From an uncultured Gemmatimonadaceae bacterium (GTDB lineage Bacteria; Gemmatimonadota; Gemmatimonadetes; Gemmatimonadales; Gemmatimonadaceae), in NCBI GenBank assembly GCA_963829055.1, contig CAWHHI010000016.1, forward strand, positions 96,001 to 160,000: DNA of 64,000 nt. Reading direction: 5' to 3'. Positions within the stretch are counted from its first letter, which is position 1, and every line of letters begins with the position of its first letter. The notes beneath the pieces are model-generated. The model made no database searches. It had not been told where the DNA came from and saw only the letters and a program-made list of their open reading frames with translations. The position numbers were made by a program, and so were the translations under genes. Shown one piece after another: positions 52,633-63,245 of the stretch.

Positions 52633-53064
52633 TGGCCATGTCTCCTGGCAGCGGCGGCGGTGGTCTGACGAACGACATCAACGTCACGCCCATGATCGAC
52701 GTGCTCCTCGTGCTCCTGATCATCTTCATGATGGTCGTGCCGATGGCGCGCAAGGCAATCGACATTCAGTTGCCGGATCCGAACCCGGCGGTCGCTCCGG
52801 CGAACGCCGTGTCGCAACAGATCGTGCTCGAAGTCCTGCCTAACGGCGTGTACCAGATCAACAAGCAGGAGCCGTTGACGAAAGACAACCTCATGGGCCG
52901 GCTCAAGGAGCTGTACGATCCGCGCCCCGAGAAGCTGATCTTCATCAAGGGCGATCCGGCCGTGAAGTATCAGGACGTGATCTTCGCGATGGACATGGCG
53001 CGGCAGGCAGGCGTCAAGGTCATTGGTGTGCCGCCAAAGGATAAGTCGGCCCCGAGCGAAGTAA
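52632..53064 (+). CDS. exbD: ExbD/TolR protein 2; stop shifted by a probable indel near 53055
   Basis: INVTPMIDVLLVLLIIFM, IKGDPAVKY; TAA at 53062 followed by a terminator. Confidence 0.82.
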
Positions 53065-53099
53065 GCGGCAAGCCGGCTCAGCCGGGCGAAAGAATTCGG

Positions 53100-53143
53100 T
53101 ACGGCGGAAGAACCCTTTTGGGTGCTTCCGCCGTATTAATTTC
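53100..53143 (+). terminator. Rho-independent terminator-like hairpin
   Basis: TACGGCGGAAGAACCC-TTTT-GGGTGCTTCCGCCGTA followed by TTAATTT. Confidence 0.65.
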
Positions 53144-53150
53144 ACCCGTG

Positions 53151-54009
53151 ATGTACCCCCCGATGAACGAGCCACTCGCCGAATCGAAGCCCAGGCGGCC
53201 TCGCTACCGTCCTCCGATCGGAATCCCGATCCGCGAGGAGGGGAAGACGACTGGTGCCCTGGTTTCCATAGCGCTTCACGCGCTCATTCTCCTGCTGCTG
53301 CTCGCGCCGCCGTTCCTCCTCGCGCGCGAGATGCAGGTACGCAATGAGGGCGCGGGTGGCCCGGGCCCCGCTGGCGGCGGTGGAGGCGGATCGCGTGGCA
53401 CTGGCGGCGATCAGAAGGTGCAGGAGCGCGTGCGCTTCATTCAGGTGGCACCGGCGCCGGCCCCTGCTGTCGTCACGCCCAAGGTCGAGCCCAAGCCCGT
53501 CCCAGTCGTTCCGAAGGTCGAGCCGCCAAAGCCGAAGCCGCCCGAACCGGTGACGCCGGCGCCTGAGATCAAGCCAGAGCCAGCACCGGCCGGCGAGTGC
53601 GGTTCCAAGCAAGGTTGCTGGTGTGGGCGGCGGCACTGGCAACGATGGCACCGCGGGCAGCGGCTCTGGAAGCGGCGGCGGCATCGGTTCCGGGATCGGT
53701 ACCGGGAAAGGATCCGGCAACGGTCCGGGCACAGGCGGGGGCGACGCGCAGATCTTCCCGCCTACGGTCATCGCGCTGACGATCCTTCCGATTCCCGTTC
53801 CCTCGAAGGTTCGGCCCTACACGCTCGTGGCTACCTTCGATGTCGACACGCTCGGAAACGCGACGCTGCTGGCGTTCAATCCGTCCAAGGACGGCGGCTA
53901 CAACAAGCGTATTCGCGAGATGCTGTCGGAGATCCGCTTCCGGCCCGCTGTTCGCGGCGATGGCCGGCCGGTTCGAGACACCGCGCAGATCTCTGCCGCC
54001 GCGCCGTAG
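53151..54009 (+). CDS. TonB/TolA-like membrane-anchored Pro/Gly-rich protein; frameshift near 53595
   Basis: SIALH TM box, Pro/Lys- and Gly-rich linker, C-terminal FDVD...FRPAV. Confidence 0.7.
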
Positions 54010-54251
54010 CACGCTAGCACGAGCTGCTGCGTAGATGTGTTGATAGCAGCCGAGGCAGGCCCTATAGCAAGAATCGCCTGCTATCGACATCTCGAACGCG
54101 TTCAGCCAGTCGAGGCGTAACTTGGCCTCCCGCCTACGTCTGGCTATAGCGGGCCCGCGCGGATACATTTTGCGCGGCAAACCGCTCCGATCGTCCCGGC
54201 TCGTCCTCCTCGCCGGCGACTCGTTCATTCCGCGCCGCCTGAGGTCAGTTG

Positions 54252-55744
54252 ATGAGCACTGTGGCCGCCGAGACCACTGCGCCCAAGGCGCAGCCAGAAC
54301 AATCTGGTTTCGTGAAGGCCATGACGTTGACCGATGCGACGATGCTCGTCGCCGGTTCAATGATTGGCTCCGGCATCTTCATCGTTTCCGCCGACATCGC
54401 GCGGTCGCTGCCGTCGCCGTTCTGGCTTCTCGTTGCATGGCTCGTCACCGGCGTTATGACGTTGCTCGGGGCGCTCGCCTATGGTGAGCTCGCGGCCATG
54501 TTTCCGCGAGCTGGCGGTCAGTACGTGTTCTTGCGCGAGTCGATGGGTCCTCTCATGGGTTTCCTCTATGGGTGGACCCTTTTTCTGGTCATCCAGACGG
54601 GAACCATCGCCGCCGTCGCCGTCGCGTTCGGCCGCTTTCTTGGCGTGTCTGATTCCGGCGATCGGACCGGATCGGTACGCGTGGTTTCCGCACTTCGACT
54701 TCGCGATCTCGGGTGGTACCGCGGAGCTCGGACTCTCGCCGCAACGGCTCGTTGCGCTCGTCTCGATCTGGGTGCTGACCTGGATCAATCTTCGCGGCGT
54801 TCGCGAAGGCAAGATGGTGCAGACGACGCTCACGGTCGTGAAGACCGCGGCGTTGGCGTTGCTCATTCTGCTCGGCATCACGATCGGCCGAAACGCCGAC
54901 GCGATCGCGGCGAACTTCGGCGCCCGGTCGCTTCGTCGGGTCGATCCCGCTCGACTCCGTGCTCGTGCTGACGTTCGGCGCGGCGCTCGTCGGTTCGCTC
55001 TTCTCGAGCGACGCCTGGAACAACGTCACGTTCGCTGCGGCCGAGGTGAAGAACCCGCAACGCAACCTGCCGCTCGCGCTGCTTCTCGGCACAGGGCTCG
55101 TGAGCCTGCTCTACGTGCTCGCGAATGTGGCGTACCTGAATACGCTGCCACTCGCCGGAACGGCGGATGGCGCGACCGTCATCGCGCGCGGCATGCAGCA
55201 CGCGACGCAGGACCGTGTCGGCACGGCCGCGGCTGAGGTGATCTTCGGCTCGAGTGGGACGATCCTCATGGCGTGCGCGATTCTCATCTCGACGTTCGGC
55301 TGCAACAACGGGCTGATCCTCGCCGGTGCCCGTGTCTACTGGGCCATGGCGCGCGACGGACTGTTCTTCCGGCGCGTAGGAACGCTGAACGCGAAGTCCG
55401 TCCCCTCGGCGGGGCTGATCGTGCAGTCCGTGTGGGTGTCGCTGCTCTGCCTAACGGGCACGTACAATCAGCTGCTGAACTACGTCATCTTCGCGGCGCT
55501 CGTGTTCTACGTCCTGACGACGCTCGGGCTGTTCCTGTTGCGGGCGCAGCGCCCGAACGCCGAGCGGCCGTATCGCGCGGTCGGGTATCCCGTGCTGCCC
55601 GCGCTCTACATCGTGCTCGCCGCCGTGACGGCCGTGATTCTGTTGATCGCGCCGAAGACGCGCACCGAGGCGCTGTCCGGTCTCGTGCTCGTGCTCATTG
55701 GTATCCCCGTGTACTTCATCTGGCGCCGCGTGGAAGCGTCGTAG
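54252..55744 (+). CDS. APC family amino acid permease; frameshifts near 54645 and 54925
   Basis: GSMIGSGIF, YGELAAMFPRAGGQY, AEVKNPQRNLP, ARVYWAMARDG, RPYRAVGYP. Confidence 0.88.
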
Positions 55745-55866
55745 TCGCGCCAGCACACCGATCGCGTCACCCGGATGTGCGGGCGGCGTGTTCGTCTCGA
55801 GGTCGGCCATTCGGGTGCATCGACCGCGCCCACGCCGTCCCGCAACCCCCCAGGAGATCGTTATCG

Positions 55867-58405
55867 ATGAACCGGAAGGACACCCTGTTCCGCAATCTGC
55901 TCCCCGTCGGACTCGCCATGCTTCTCGCCCTCGTGGCGGGACCGCTTGCGCGCCCTCTCTTCGCGCAGGCTGCGCCCGCTGCCCAGGGTGAGTCTCGCCC
56001 GGGTGGTGAGGCCAACCTGCTGATCCCCGATCTCGGAAGCGTGCAGTTCTTCGGCCTTCCCGGGAACACGCTGCTGACCTTCGGACTCATCGTCTGCGCG
56101 CTCGGATTGTTGTTCGGTCTCGTGATCTACAGCCGCCTCAAGCGCCTGCCGGTTCACGAGTCCATGCGCGACATCTCCGAGCTGATCTACGAGACGTGCA
56201 AGACGTATCTCACGACGCAGGGGAAGTTCATTCTCGTGCTCTGGGTGTTCATCGGGTCGATCGTCGCGGTGTACTTCGGTACGTTGGCCGAGACGACCGA
56301 CGCGACGGGAGCAGCGGTGCGCGGATTCCCGCCGGTGAAGGTCGCGGTAATTCTGCTGTTCAGCCTCGTCGGCATCGCGGGCAGCTACGGTGTCGCCTGG
56401 TTCGGCATTCGCGTGAACACGTTCGCGAACTCGCGGACGGCGTTCGCCAGTCTCCGCGGAAAGCCGTTCCCGTGCTACGAGATTCCGCTCAGCGCCGGAA
56501 TGAGCATCGGCATGCTGCTGATCAGCGTCGAGCTCGTGCTCATGTTGATCATCCTGCTGTTCATTCCGCGTGACTATGCGGGCCCGTGCTTCATCGGCTT
56601 CGCGATCGGCGAATCGTTAGGTGCGGCCGCCCTGCGAGTCGCGGGTGGTATCTTCACGAAGATCGCCGACATCGGCGCCGACCTCATGAAGATCGTCTTC
56701 AAGATCAAGGAAGACGATGCCCGAAACCCTGGCGTCATCGCGGACTGCGTCGGCGACAATGCCGGTGACTCGGTCGGCCCGAGCGCGGACGGCTTCGAGA
56801 CCTACGGCGTGACGGGCGTCGCGCTCATCTCGTTCATCCTGCTCGCGGTCAATCCCGCGTCGGCGGGTCCGAACTTCGAGACGATCCAGGTACAGTTGCT
56901 CGTCTGGATCTTCATCATGCGCATCATGATGGTGATCGCGAGCGGCGCGTCGTATCTCATTAACGCCGCGATCGCCAAGGGTCGCTACGCGAACGCCGAC
57001 AAGATGAACTTCGAGGCGCCGCTCACGGTGCTCGTGTGGCTGACGTCGATCGTGTCCGTCGTGTTCACGTACATCGTGTCGTACTACACGATCCCGACGT
57101 TAGGTGACGGCTCGCTCTGGTGGAAGCTGTCGACGGTGATCACGTGCGGTACGCTCGCCGGCGCGATCATCCCGGAGTTCGTGAAGGTCTTCACGTCGAC
57201 CGAGAGCGCGCACACGCGCGAAGTCGTCACGTCGTCCCGTGAAGGCGGCCCGTCGCTCAACATTCTCTCCGGCCTCGTCGCCGGAAACTTCAGCGCGTTC
57301 TGGCTCGGCATGACGATCATGGCGCTCATGGCCATCGCGTACATCGTCAGCACGTTCGGCCTCTCTCAACTGATGGTCGCGCCGGCGGTGTTCGCGTTCG
57401 GACTCGTTGCGTTCGGCTTCCTCGGTATGGGTCCGGTGACGATCGCCGTCGACTCGTACGGCCCGGTGACGGACAACGCACAGTCGGTCTACGAGCTCTC
57501 GACGATCGAGCAGATCCCGGGTGCGCGCGAGCAGGTGAAGAAGGAATTCGGCTTCGACGTGGACTTCGAGAAGGCGAAGCACTTCCTCGAGGAGAACGAC
57601 GGAGCGGGCAACACGTTCAAGGCGACCGCGAAGCCGGTGCTCATCGGTACCGCCGTCGTCGGCGCCACGACCATGATCTTCTCGATCATCGTCGGTCTGA
57701 CACAGGGACTCAAGCCCGAGTTCCTCCCGAACCTGTCGATCCTTCACCCGCCGTTCCTGCTCGGTCTCATCACCGGCGGGTCGATCATCTACTGGTTCAC
57801 CGGCGCGTCGATCCAGGCCGTGACCACCGGTGCGTACCGCGCGGTGGAGTTCATCAAGGCGAACATCCGACTCGCAGGATACGAACAAGGCCTCCGTCGA
57901 GGACTCGAAGAAGGTCGTCGCGATCTGCACGCAGTACGCGCAGAAGGGCATGTTCAACATCTTCCTCGTCGTGTTCTTCGCGACGCTCGCGTTCGCATTC
58001 GTGGAACCCTACTTCTTCATCGGGTATCTCGTCTCGATCGCCGTGTTCGGACTGTACCAGGCGGTGTTCATGGCCAACGCCGGCGGTGCCTGGGACAACG
58101 CCAAGAAGATCGTCGAGGTGGAGCTCAAGGAGAAAGGGACGCCCCTGCACGACGCAACCGTGGTCGGTGACACGGTCGGCGACCCATTCAAGGACACGTC
58201 CTCTGTCGCGCTGAATCCGATCATCAAGTTCACGACGCTGTTCGGACTGCTCGCCGTGGAATTGGCGGTCTCGCTCAGGGCGGAACGCGGACCGATGCTG
58301 GGCCACATTCTCGCTGGGGTCTTCCTCCTCGCGGCGCTGATCTTCGTGCACCGGTCGTTCTACGGCATGCGCATTCAGTCTCAGGCGAAGGTGTCCGCCC
58401 GTTGA
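55867..58405 (+). CDS. hppA: Membrane-bound ion-translocating pyrophosphatase; frameshift near 57875
   Basis: GGIFTKIADIGADLMK, EDDARNPGVIADCVGDNAGD, YGPVTDNA, GNTFKA, GGAWDNAKK, GDTVGDPFKDTS. Confidence 0.92.
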
Positions 58406-58435
58406 TGACGTCCCACTCCTCACTCTGATCAGCGA

Positions 58436-59993
58436 ATGGCGACGTCCATTTTCGCTCGCAAATCGGTAGCCGATGCCGAACGCGAGATGTCGCATGCCGG
58501 TACGGGCCTCAAGCGCTCGCTCGGCAAGTGGCATCTCACCGCGCTCGGTGTCGGCGCGACGATCGGTGCCGGGATCTTCGCGACAACCGGCACCGCTATC
58601 GTCGGTGATCCCGCGCGGCCCGGCGCTGGTCCGGCGATCGTGTTCTCGTTCCTGCTCACTGCCGTTGCGTGCGGCTTCGCGGCGCTGTGCTACGCGGAGT
58701 TCGCGGCGATGGTGCCGATCGCCGGGTCTGCGTACACGTACGCCTACACGTCGATCGGCGAGTTCGTCGCGTGGATCATCGGATGGGATCTCATCGTCGA
58801 GTACGCGGTCGGCAACATTGGTGTCGCCATCGGATGGGCCGCGTACTTCCGTGAGTTGCTGACGCACTTCGGAATCAGCATGCCGGCGTGGCTCTCGACG
58901 GACTATCGCTCCGCCCACGACGCGTTTGTCGCCCTCGCCGGGGGCGCGAACGATCCAACAACACAGTATCTCGCGTCCGCGTGGTCCGCGGCGCCGCATC
59001 TCGGAAGCATTCCGGTCATCTTCAATCTGCCGGCGTTTGCCGTCGTTGCGCTGCTCACGGTCATCCTGGTGATTGGCATCAAGGAATCGGCGAACTCGAA
59101 CAACGCGATGGTGCTCCTCAAGATCGGGATCATCATCTTCTTCCTGTGCGTTGGCGCATTCCTGATCAAGCCGGGCAATTACACGAATCCTGCAACGGGC
59201 GGCTTCGCGCCTAACGGGTTCAAGGGCATCAGCGCCGCGCGCCGCGATCATCTTCTTCAGTTACATCGGATTCGACGCCGTATCGACAGCCGCCGAGGAA
59301 GCGAAGGATCCGGCGCGCGACATGCCGTTCGGCATCATCATGAGTCTCATCATCTGTACGGTGCTGTACATCCTGCTGTCTATTGTCATGACGGGTATCG
59401 CCCCGTGGCAGCAGCTTGGAACACCGGAGCCGATGATCACGGCGTTGCAGTTCGCGCAGGGGCCACCGGCACTCCTGAAATTCTCCCGGTTCATCATCGC
59501 GCTCGGTGCCGTGGCCGCCATGGGCAGCGTGCTGCTTGTGTTCCAGATGGGCCAGCCGCGCATCTTCTTCTCGATGGCGCGCGACGGTCTGCTTCCCAAG
59601 GTGTTCGCGAAGGTGCACCCGAAGTACCAGACGCCGTACGTGGGAACGATCCTTACCGGACTGTTCGTCGCGACGTTTGCCGCGTTCGCGAACATCGCCG
59701 AAGTGGTCGATCTCACGAACATCGGAACGCTGTTCGCGTTCGTGTTGGTGTCGGCGGGTGTGATCTTCCTTCGTCGGTCAGAGCCGGACCGGGTGCGGCC
59801 GTTCCGGGTACCTGGTGTACCGTTCACGCCGCTGATCTCCATTGCCGCGTGTCTGTACTTGATGGCTCAGTTGCCGACGGTCACGTGGATCCGGTTCGGG
59901 ATCTGGCTCGCGGTCGGGCTCGTATTTTATTTCGCGTATGGGTACAAGAACTCGGTGCTACGGCATCGGCGGTCGCGCAGCCCTTCTGCGTGA
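58436..59993 (+). CDS. APC (cationic amino acid transporter-like) permease; frameshift near 59240
   Basis: GATIGAGIF, CYAEFA, GSAYTY, YIGFDAV, EEAKDP, PRIFFSMARDGLLP. Confidence 0.9.
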
Positions 59994-60069
59994 TCATGCG
60001 TAGTGTGCGTAGCGCGTCCAGTTAGGGTGTTCGTCGCACGTTCCTGCCGTCCTCTCGCCTGACAGTTCC

Positions 60070-61353
60070 ATGGCCAACTCGGTTCGTCGAATTTCGCTGA
60101 CGCAGTGGATCATCATCTCGATGATCGTCGGCGTGCTGCTCGGATGGCTGGCTCCCGGCTTGGCAGTGAGCCTCAAGCCGCTGTCGACGATCTTCCTCAA
60201 CATGATCAAGTCGTTGATCGCGCCGCTGCTCTTCGCCACACTCGTGGTGGGGATCGCCGGCCATGGCGACGACATGAAGAAGGTGGGGAAGCTGGCGTTC
60301 CGCTCGATCGTCTACTTCGAGGTCGTGACGACCCTCGCGCTGGTCGTAGGACTCGTCGCCGTGAACGTCATCCGGCCTGGGGATGGCGTCGGCCTCTCCG
60401 CGGAACCTGTATCCGCGACGATCACGGAGGCATCGCAGCGATCCGTCACGTTCGGTGGCGTCCTCGAGCACATCGTGCCGTCGAGCTTCGTGGATGCCGC
60501 GGCCAAGAACGAAGTCCTTCAGGTCGTGTTCTGGTCCATCATCTTCGCCGTGGCGCTCGCGCGCACACCAGCGAATCCCAAGCGCATCATGCTCGGCTTC
60601 GCGGAGAGCCTGAGCGAGGTGATGTTCAAGTTCGTTGCGATCGTCATGGCGTTCGCGCCGTTCGGTATCGGCGCGGCTATCGCCGTCACGGTAGGGCAGA
60701 GCGGTATCGGCGTCCTGAAGAATCTGGGCATTCTCGTGCTGTCGCTCTACGGCGCGCTCATCGTCTTCGTACTCGTCGTGCTGCTCCCGATCGCGATGCT
60801 GTTCCGCATTCCGGTTGCGCAGTTCTGGAAGGCAGTGCGAGAGCCGTGGCTCATTGCGTTCTCGACCGCATCGTCGGAAGCCGCGCTCCCGCGCGCCATG
60901 CAGGCGATGGAGAACTTCGGCGTTCCGCGACGCATTGTCGCGTTCGTGATGCCGACGGGCTACTCGTTCAATCTCGACGGCAGCACGCTCTATCTCGCGC
61001 TGGCGTCGGTTTTCGTCGCGCAGGCGGCGGGCATCGACATGCCGCTGTCGCAGCAGATTCTCATGATGCTCACGCTCATGGTGACGAGTAAGGGCGTGGC
61101 CGCGGTGCCGCGCGCGTCGCTCGTGATCCTGTCCGGGGCGCTCACGCAGTTCGGGTTGCCGTTGTCCGGTGTCGCGCTGATTCTCGGCGTCGACGCCGTG
61201 ATGGACATGGCGCGCACGTCGATCAATCTCGTGGGCAACTGTCTGGCGACGGCCGTGATGGCGCGCTGGGAGGGTGAGCTCGGTACGCCGCGCGATCCCT
61301 TGCTCGACGCGCGAGCGGTCGGTCAGGTCCCCACCATGGAGAACGCGCAGTGA
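60070..61353 (+). CDS. Dicarboxylate/amino acid:cation symporter (GltP/DctA family)
   Basis: FSTASSEAALP, GYSFNLDG, SKGVAAVP, MDMARTSIN. Confidence 0.93.
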   Translation: MANSVRRISLTQWIIISMIVGVLLGWLAPGLAVSLKPLSTIFLNMIKSLIAPLLFATLVVGIAGHGDDMKKVGKLAFRSIVYFEVVTTLALVVGLVAVNVIRPGDGVGLSAEPVSATITEASQRSVTFGGVLEHIVPSSFVDAAAKNEVLQVVFWSIIFAVALARTPANPKRIMLGFAESLSEVMFKFVAIVMAFAPFGIGAAIAVTVGQSGIGVLKNLGILVLSLYGALIVFVLVVLLPIAMLFRIPVAQFWKAVREPWLIAFSTASSEAALPRAMQAMENFGVPRRIVAFVMPTGYSFNLDGSTLYLALASVFVAQAAGIDMPLSQQILMMLTLMVTSKGVAAVPRASLVILSGALTQFGLPLSGVALILGVDAVMDMARTSINLVGNCLATAVMARWEGELGTPRDPLLDARAVGQVPTMENAQ

Positions 61354-61673
61354 ACTTGACGACGCTCATGCAGCTGTACGTGTTCGTGCTCGCTGGCTTC
61401 GTGGGGATGCTCGTCATCGCTCGCGTCCCGCCACTGCTGCACACGCCGCTCATGTCGGCGACGAACGCCATCTCGGGGATCTCGCTCGTCGGGTCGCTGG
61501 TCGCCGCGGGCGCCGGCCGCAGCATGGTGAGCACCATTCTGGGCACGGTCGCCGTGACCACCGCGACCATCAACGTCGTCGGCGGGTTCATCATCACCAA
61601 GCGCATGCTGGCGATGTTCAAGCGTAGCGATCGCCGTCCCAGCGACGCTCCGAGCAACGCTCCGAAAGTCTGA
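61350..61673 (+). CDS. pntA: NAD(P) transhydrogenase alpha-2 (membrane) subunit
   Basis: LHTPLMSATNAISG, INVVGGF..T.RML.MF; only 107 aa, so a split alpha subunit. Confidence 0.92.
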   Translation: MNLTTLMQLYVFVLAGFVGMLVIARVPPLLHTPLMSATNAISGISLVGSLVAAGAGRSMVSTILGTVAVTTATINVVGGFIITKRMLAMFKRSDRRPSDAPSNAPKV

Positions 61674-61682
61674 CGCTCGTTC

Positions 61683-63068
61683 ATGCGTGAGCTCTTCGTC
61701 CAGGCGAGCTACCTCCTCGCCTCTGTCTTTTTCATACTCGGCCTCAAGAGCCTGAGTCGCGCCGAGACGGCCTCGCGTGGCGTTACGCTCGCCGCGATCG
61801 GGATGCTGATCGCGATCGTCGGTACGCTGATGCAGCAGGTGATCATCGACTACCGCTGGATCGCGTTAGGCCTCACCGTCGGTACCGTGATCGGCGTTCC
61901 GCTGGGTACGCGCGTGCCGATGACCGCGATGCCGCAGCGTATCGCGATCGCGCTCACGTTCGGTGCGCTCGCGGCGACGCTCGTCGGCATCGCTGAGTTT
62001 CATGATCATGCCGACACGATGGCGTTCGGGCAGCGGATCGCTGTCGCGTTCGAGGTGGTGCTTGGCGCACTCACGGTGGCGGGCAGCTTCGTCGCGTTCG
62101 GCAAGCTGCAGGAAATCTTGCCAGGGCGTCCGCTGACGTATCGCGGTCAGAACGCCGTGAACTTCGTCCTGCTCGGCGTGCTCGTGTTGATGCTGGGCGC
62201 GGTCGTCGCCGGCGTCGGCGGTCTGACGCTGTTCTATGGGCTCATCGCACTGGCGTTCCTCGCCGGCGTGATGCTCGTGATGCCCATCGGCGGCGCGGAC
62301 ATGCCCGTGGTGGTCGCGTTGCTCAACTCGTACTCCGGACTCGCGTCGGCGGCCACCGGTTTCGCGATCTCGAACAACGTGCTCATCGTGTCGGGTGCTC
62401 TCGACGGCACGTCGGGATTCCTGCTCTCGATGCTCATGAGCAAGGCGATGAACCGCTCGTTCGCGAACGTGTTGTTCGGTGCGTTCGGATCGCAGGCGCC
62501 AGCTGGCGCGGCGGCCGCCGGCGGCAGTGATCTGGTCGCGACCGCCATCTCCGCGGAGGACGCGGCGGTCCAACTCGCGTACGCGAGCAACGTCGTGGTC
62601 GTCCCGGGCTACGGGATGGCGGTAGCGCAGGCGCAGCATCAGGTGCGCGAGCTCGCGGAGCTCATCGAGAAGCGAGGCGGAGAAGTTCGCTACGCGATTC
62701 ATCCAGTGGCCGGGCGAATGCCTGGTCACATGAACGTGCTGCTCGCGGAAGCGAACATCCCGTACGACAAGCTCTATGACATGGACGAGATCAACGGCGA
62801 CCTGTCGCGCGCAGACGTCGCGTTGATCATCGGCGCGAACGACGTGGTGAATCCAGCGGCGCGAACGGATCCTACGTCACCGATCTACGGGATGCCGATC
62901 CTCAACGTCGATGAAGCGAAGAGCGTGATCGTGCTCAAGCGCGGCATGAGCGTCGGATTCGCGGGCATCGACAACATGCTGTTCTACCAGCCGCGAACGC
63001 GGATGCTCTTCGGCGATGCGAAGGCGTCACTCGTGAAGCTCGTGACGGAGATCAAGGCGCTGTCCTGA
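61683..63068 (+). CDS. pntB: NAD(P) transhydrogenase beta subunit
   Basis: MTAMPQ, IGGADMPVV, NSYSG, AMNRS, VPGYGMAVAQAQH, HPVAGRMPGHMNVLLAEA, GANDVVNP. Confidence 0.96.
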   Translation: MRELFVQASYLLASVFFILGLKSLSRAETASRGVTLAAIGMLIAIVGTLMQQVIIDYRWIALGLTVGTVIGVPLGTRVPMTAMPQRIAIALTFGALAATLVGIAEFHDHADTMAFGQRIAVAFEVVLGALTVAGSFVAFGKLQEILPGRPLTYRGQNAVNFVLLGVLVLMLGAVVAGVGGLTLFYGLIALAFLAGVMLVMPIGGADMPVVVALLNSYSGLASAATGFAISNNVLIVSGALDGTSGFLLSMLMSKAMNRSFANVLFGAFGSQAPAGAAAAGGSDLVATAISAEDAAVQLAYASNVVVVPGYGMAVAQAQHQVRELAELIEKRGGEVRYAIHPVAGRMPGHMNVLLAEANIPYDKLYDMDEINGDLSRADVALIIGANDVVNPAARTDPTSPIYGMPILNVDEAKSVIVLKRGMSVGFAGIDNMLFYQPRTRMLFGDAKASLVKLVTEIKALS

Positions 63069-63244
63069 CGGACGCGGAAGGCGGCGGGCGGACGGCGGAC
63101 GGCGATTTGTCATCCCGAGTGACAGCGAGGGACCTTCCGTGAGGTATTGTGGCCAGCCTGGCCACGATACTTCACGCAAGGTCCCTCGCTGTCCTCGGGA
63201 TGACACGGCTCGCCGTCCGCCTTCCTCCCTCCGCCTTCCGCGGC
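63069..63244. repeat. Long REP-type hairpin (GTCATCCCGAG...CTCGGGATGAC) with GGCGGAC/GGCGGAA-like flanks between convergent genes
   Basis: Arms 63109-63119 and 63194-63204; inner GACAGCGAGGGACCTT / AAGGTCCCTCGCTGTC stem. Confidence 0.85.
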
Positions 63245-63245
63245 G

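Noticed and set aside
52536..54017. 493-aa ORF that looks like an ExbD-TonB fusion
   Set aside because: It reads through a terminator hairpin (53100-53143) and an out-of-frame TAA at 53062; better explained as separate genes joined by indels.
55273..55866. N-terminal ~200 aa of the 965-aa ORF as part of HppA
   Set aside because: It overlaps the permease in another frame; an AGGAG RBS precedes ATG 55867.
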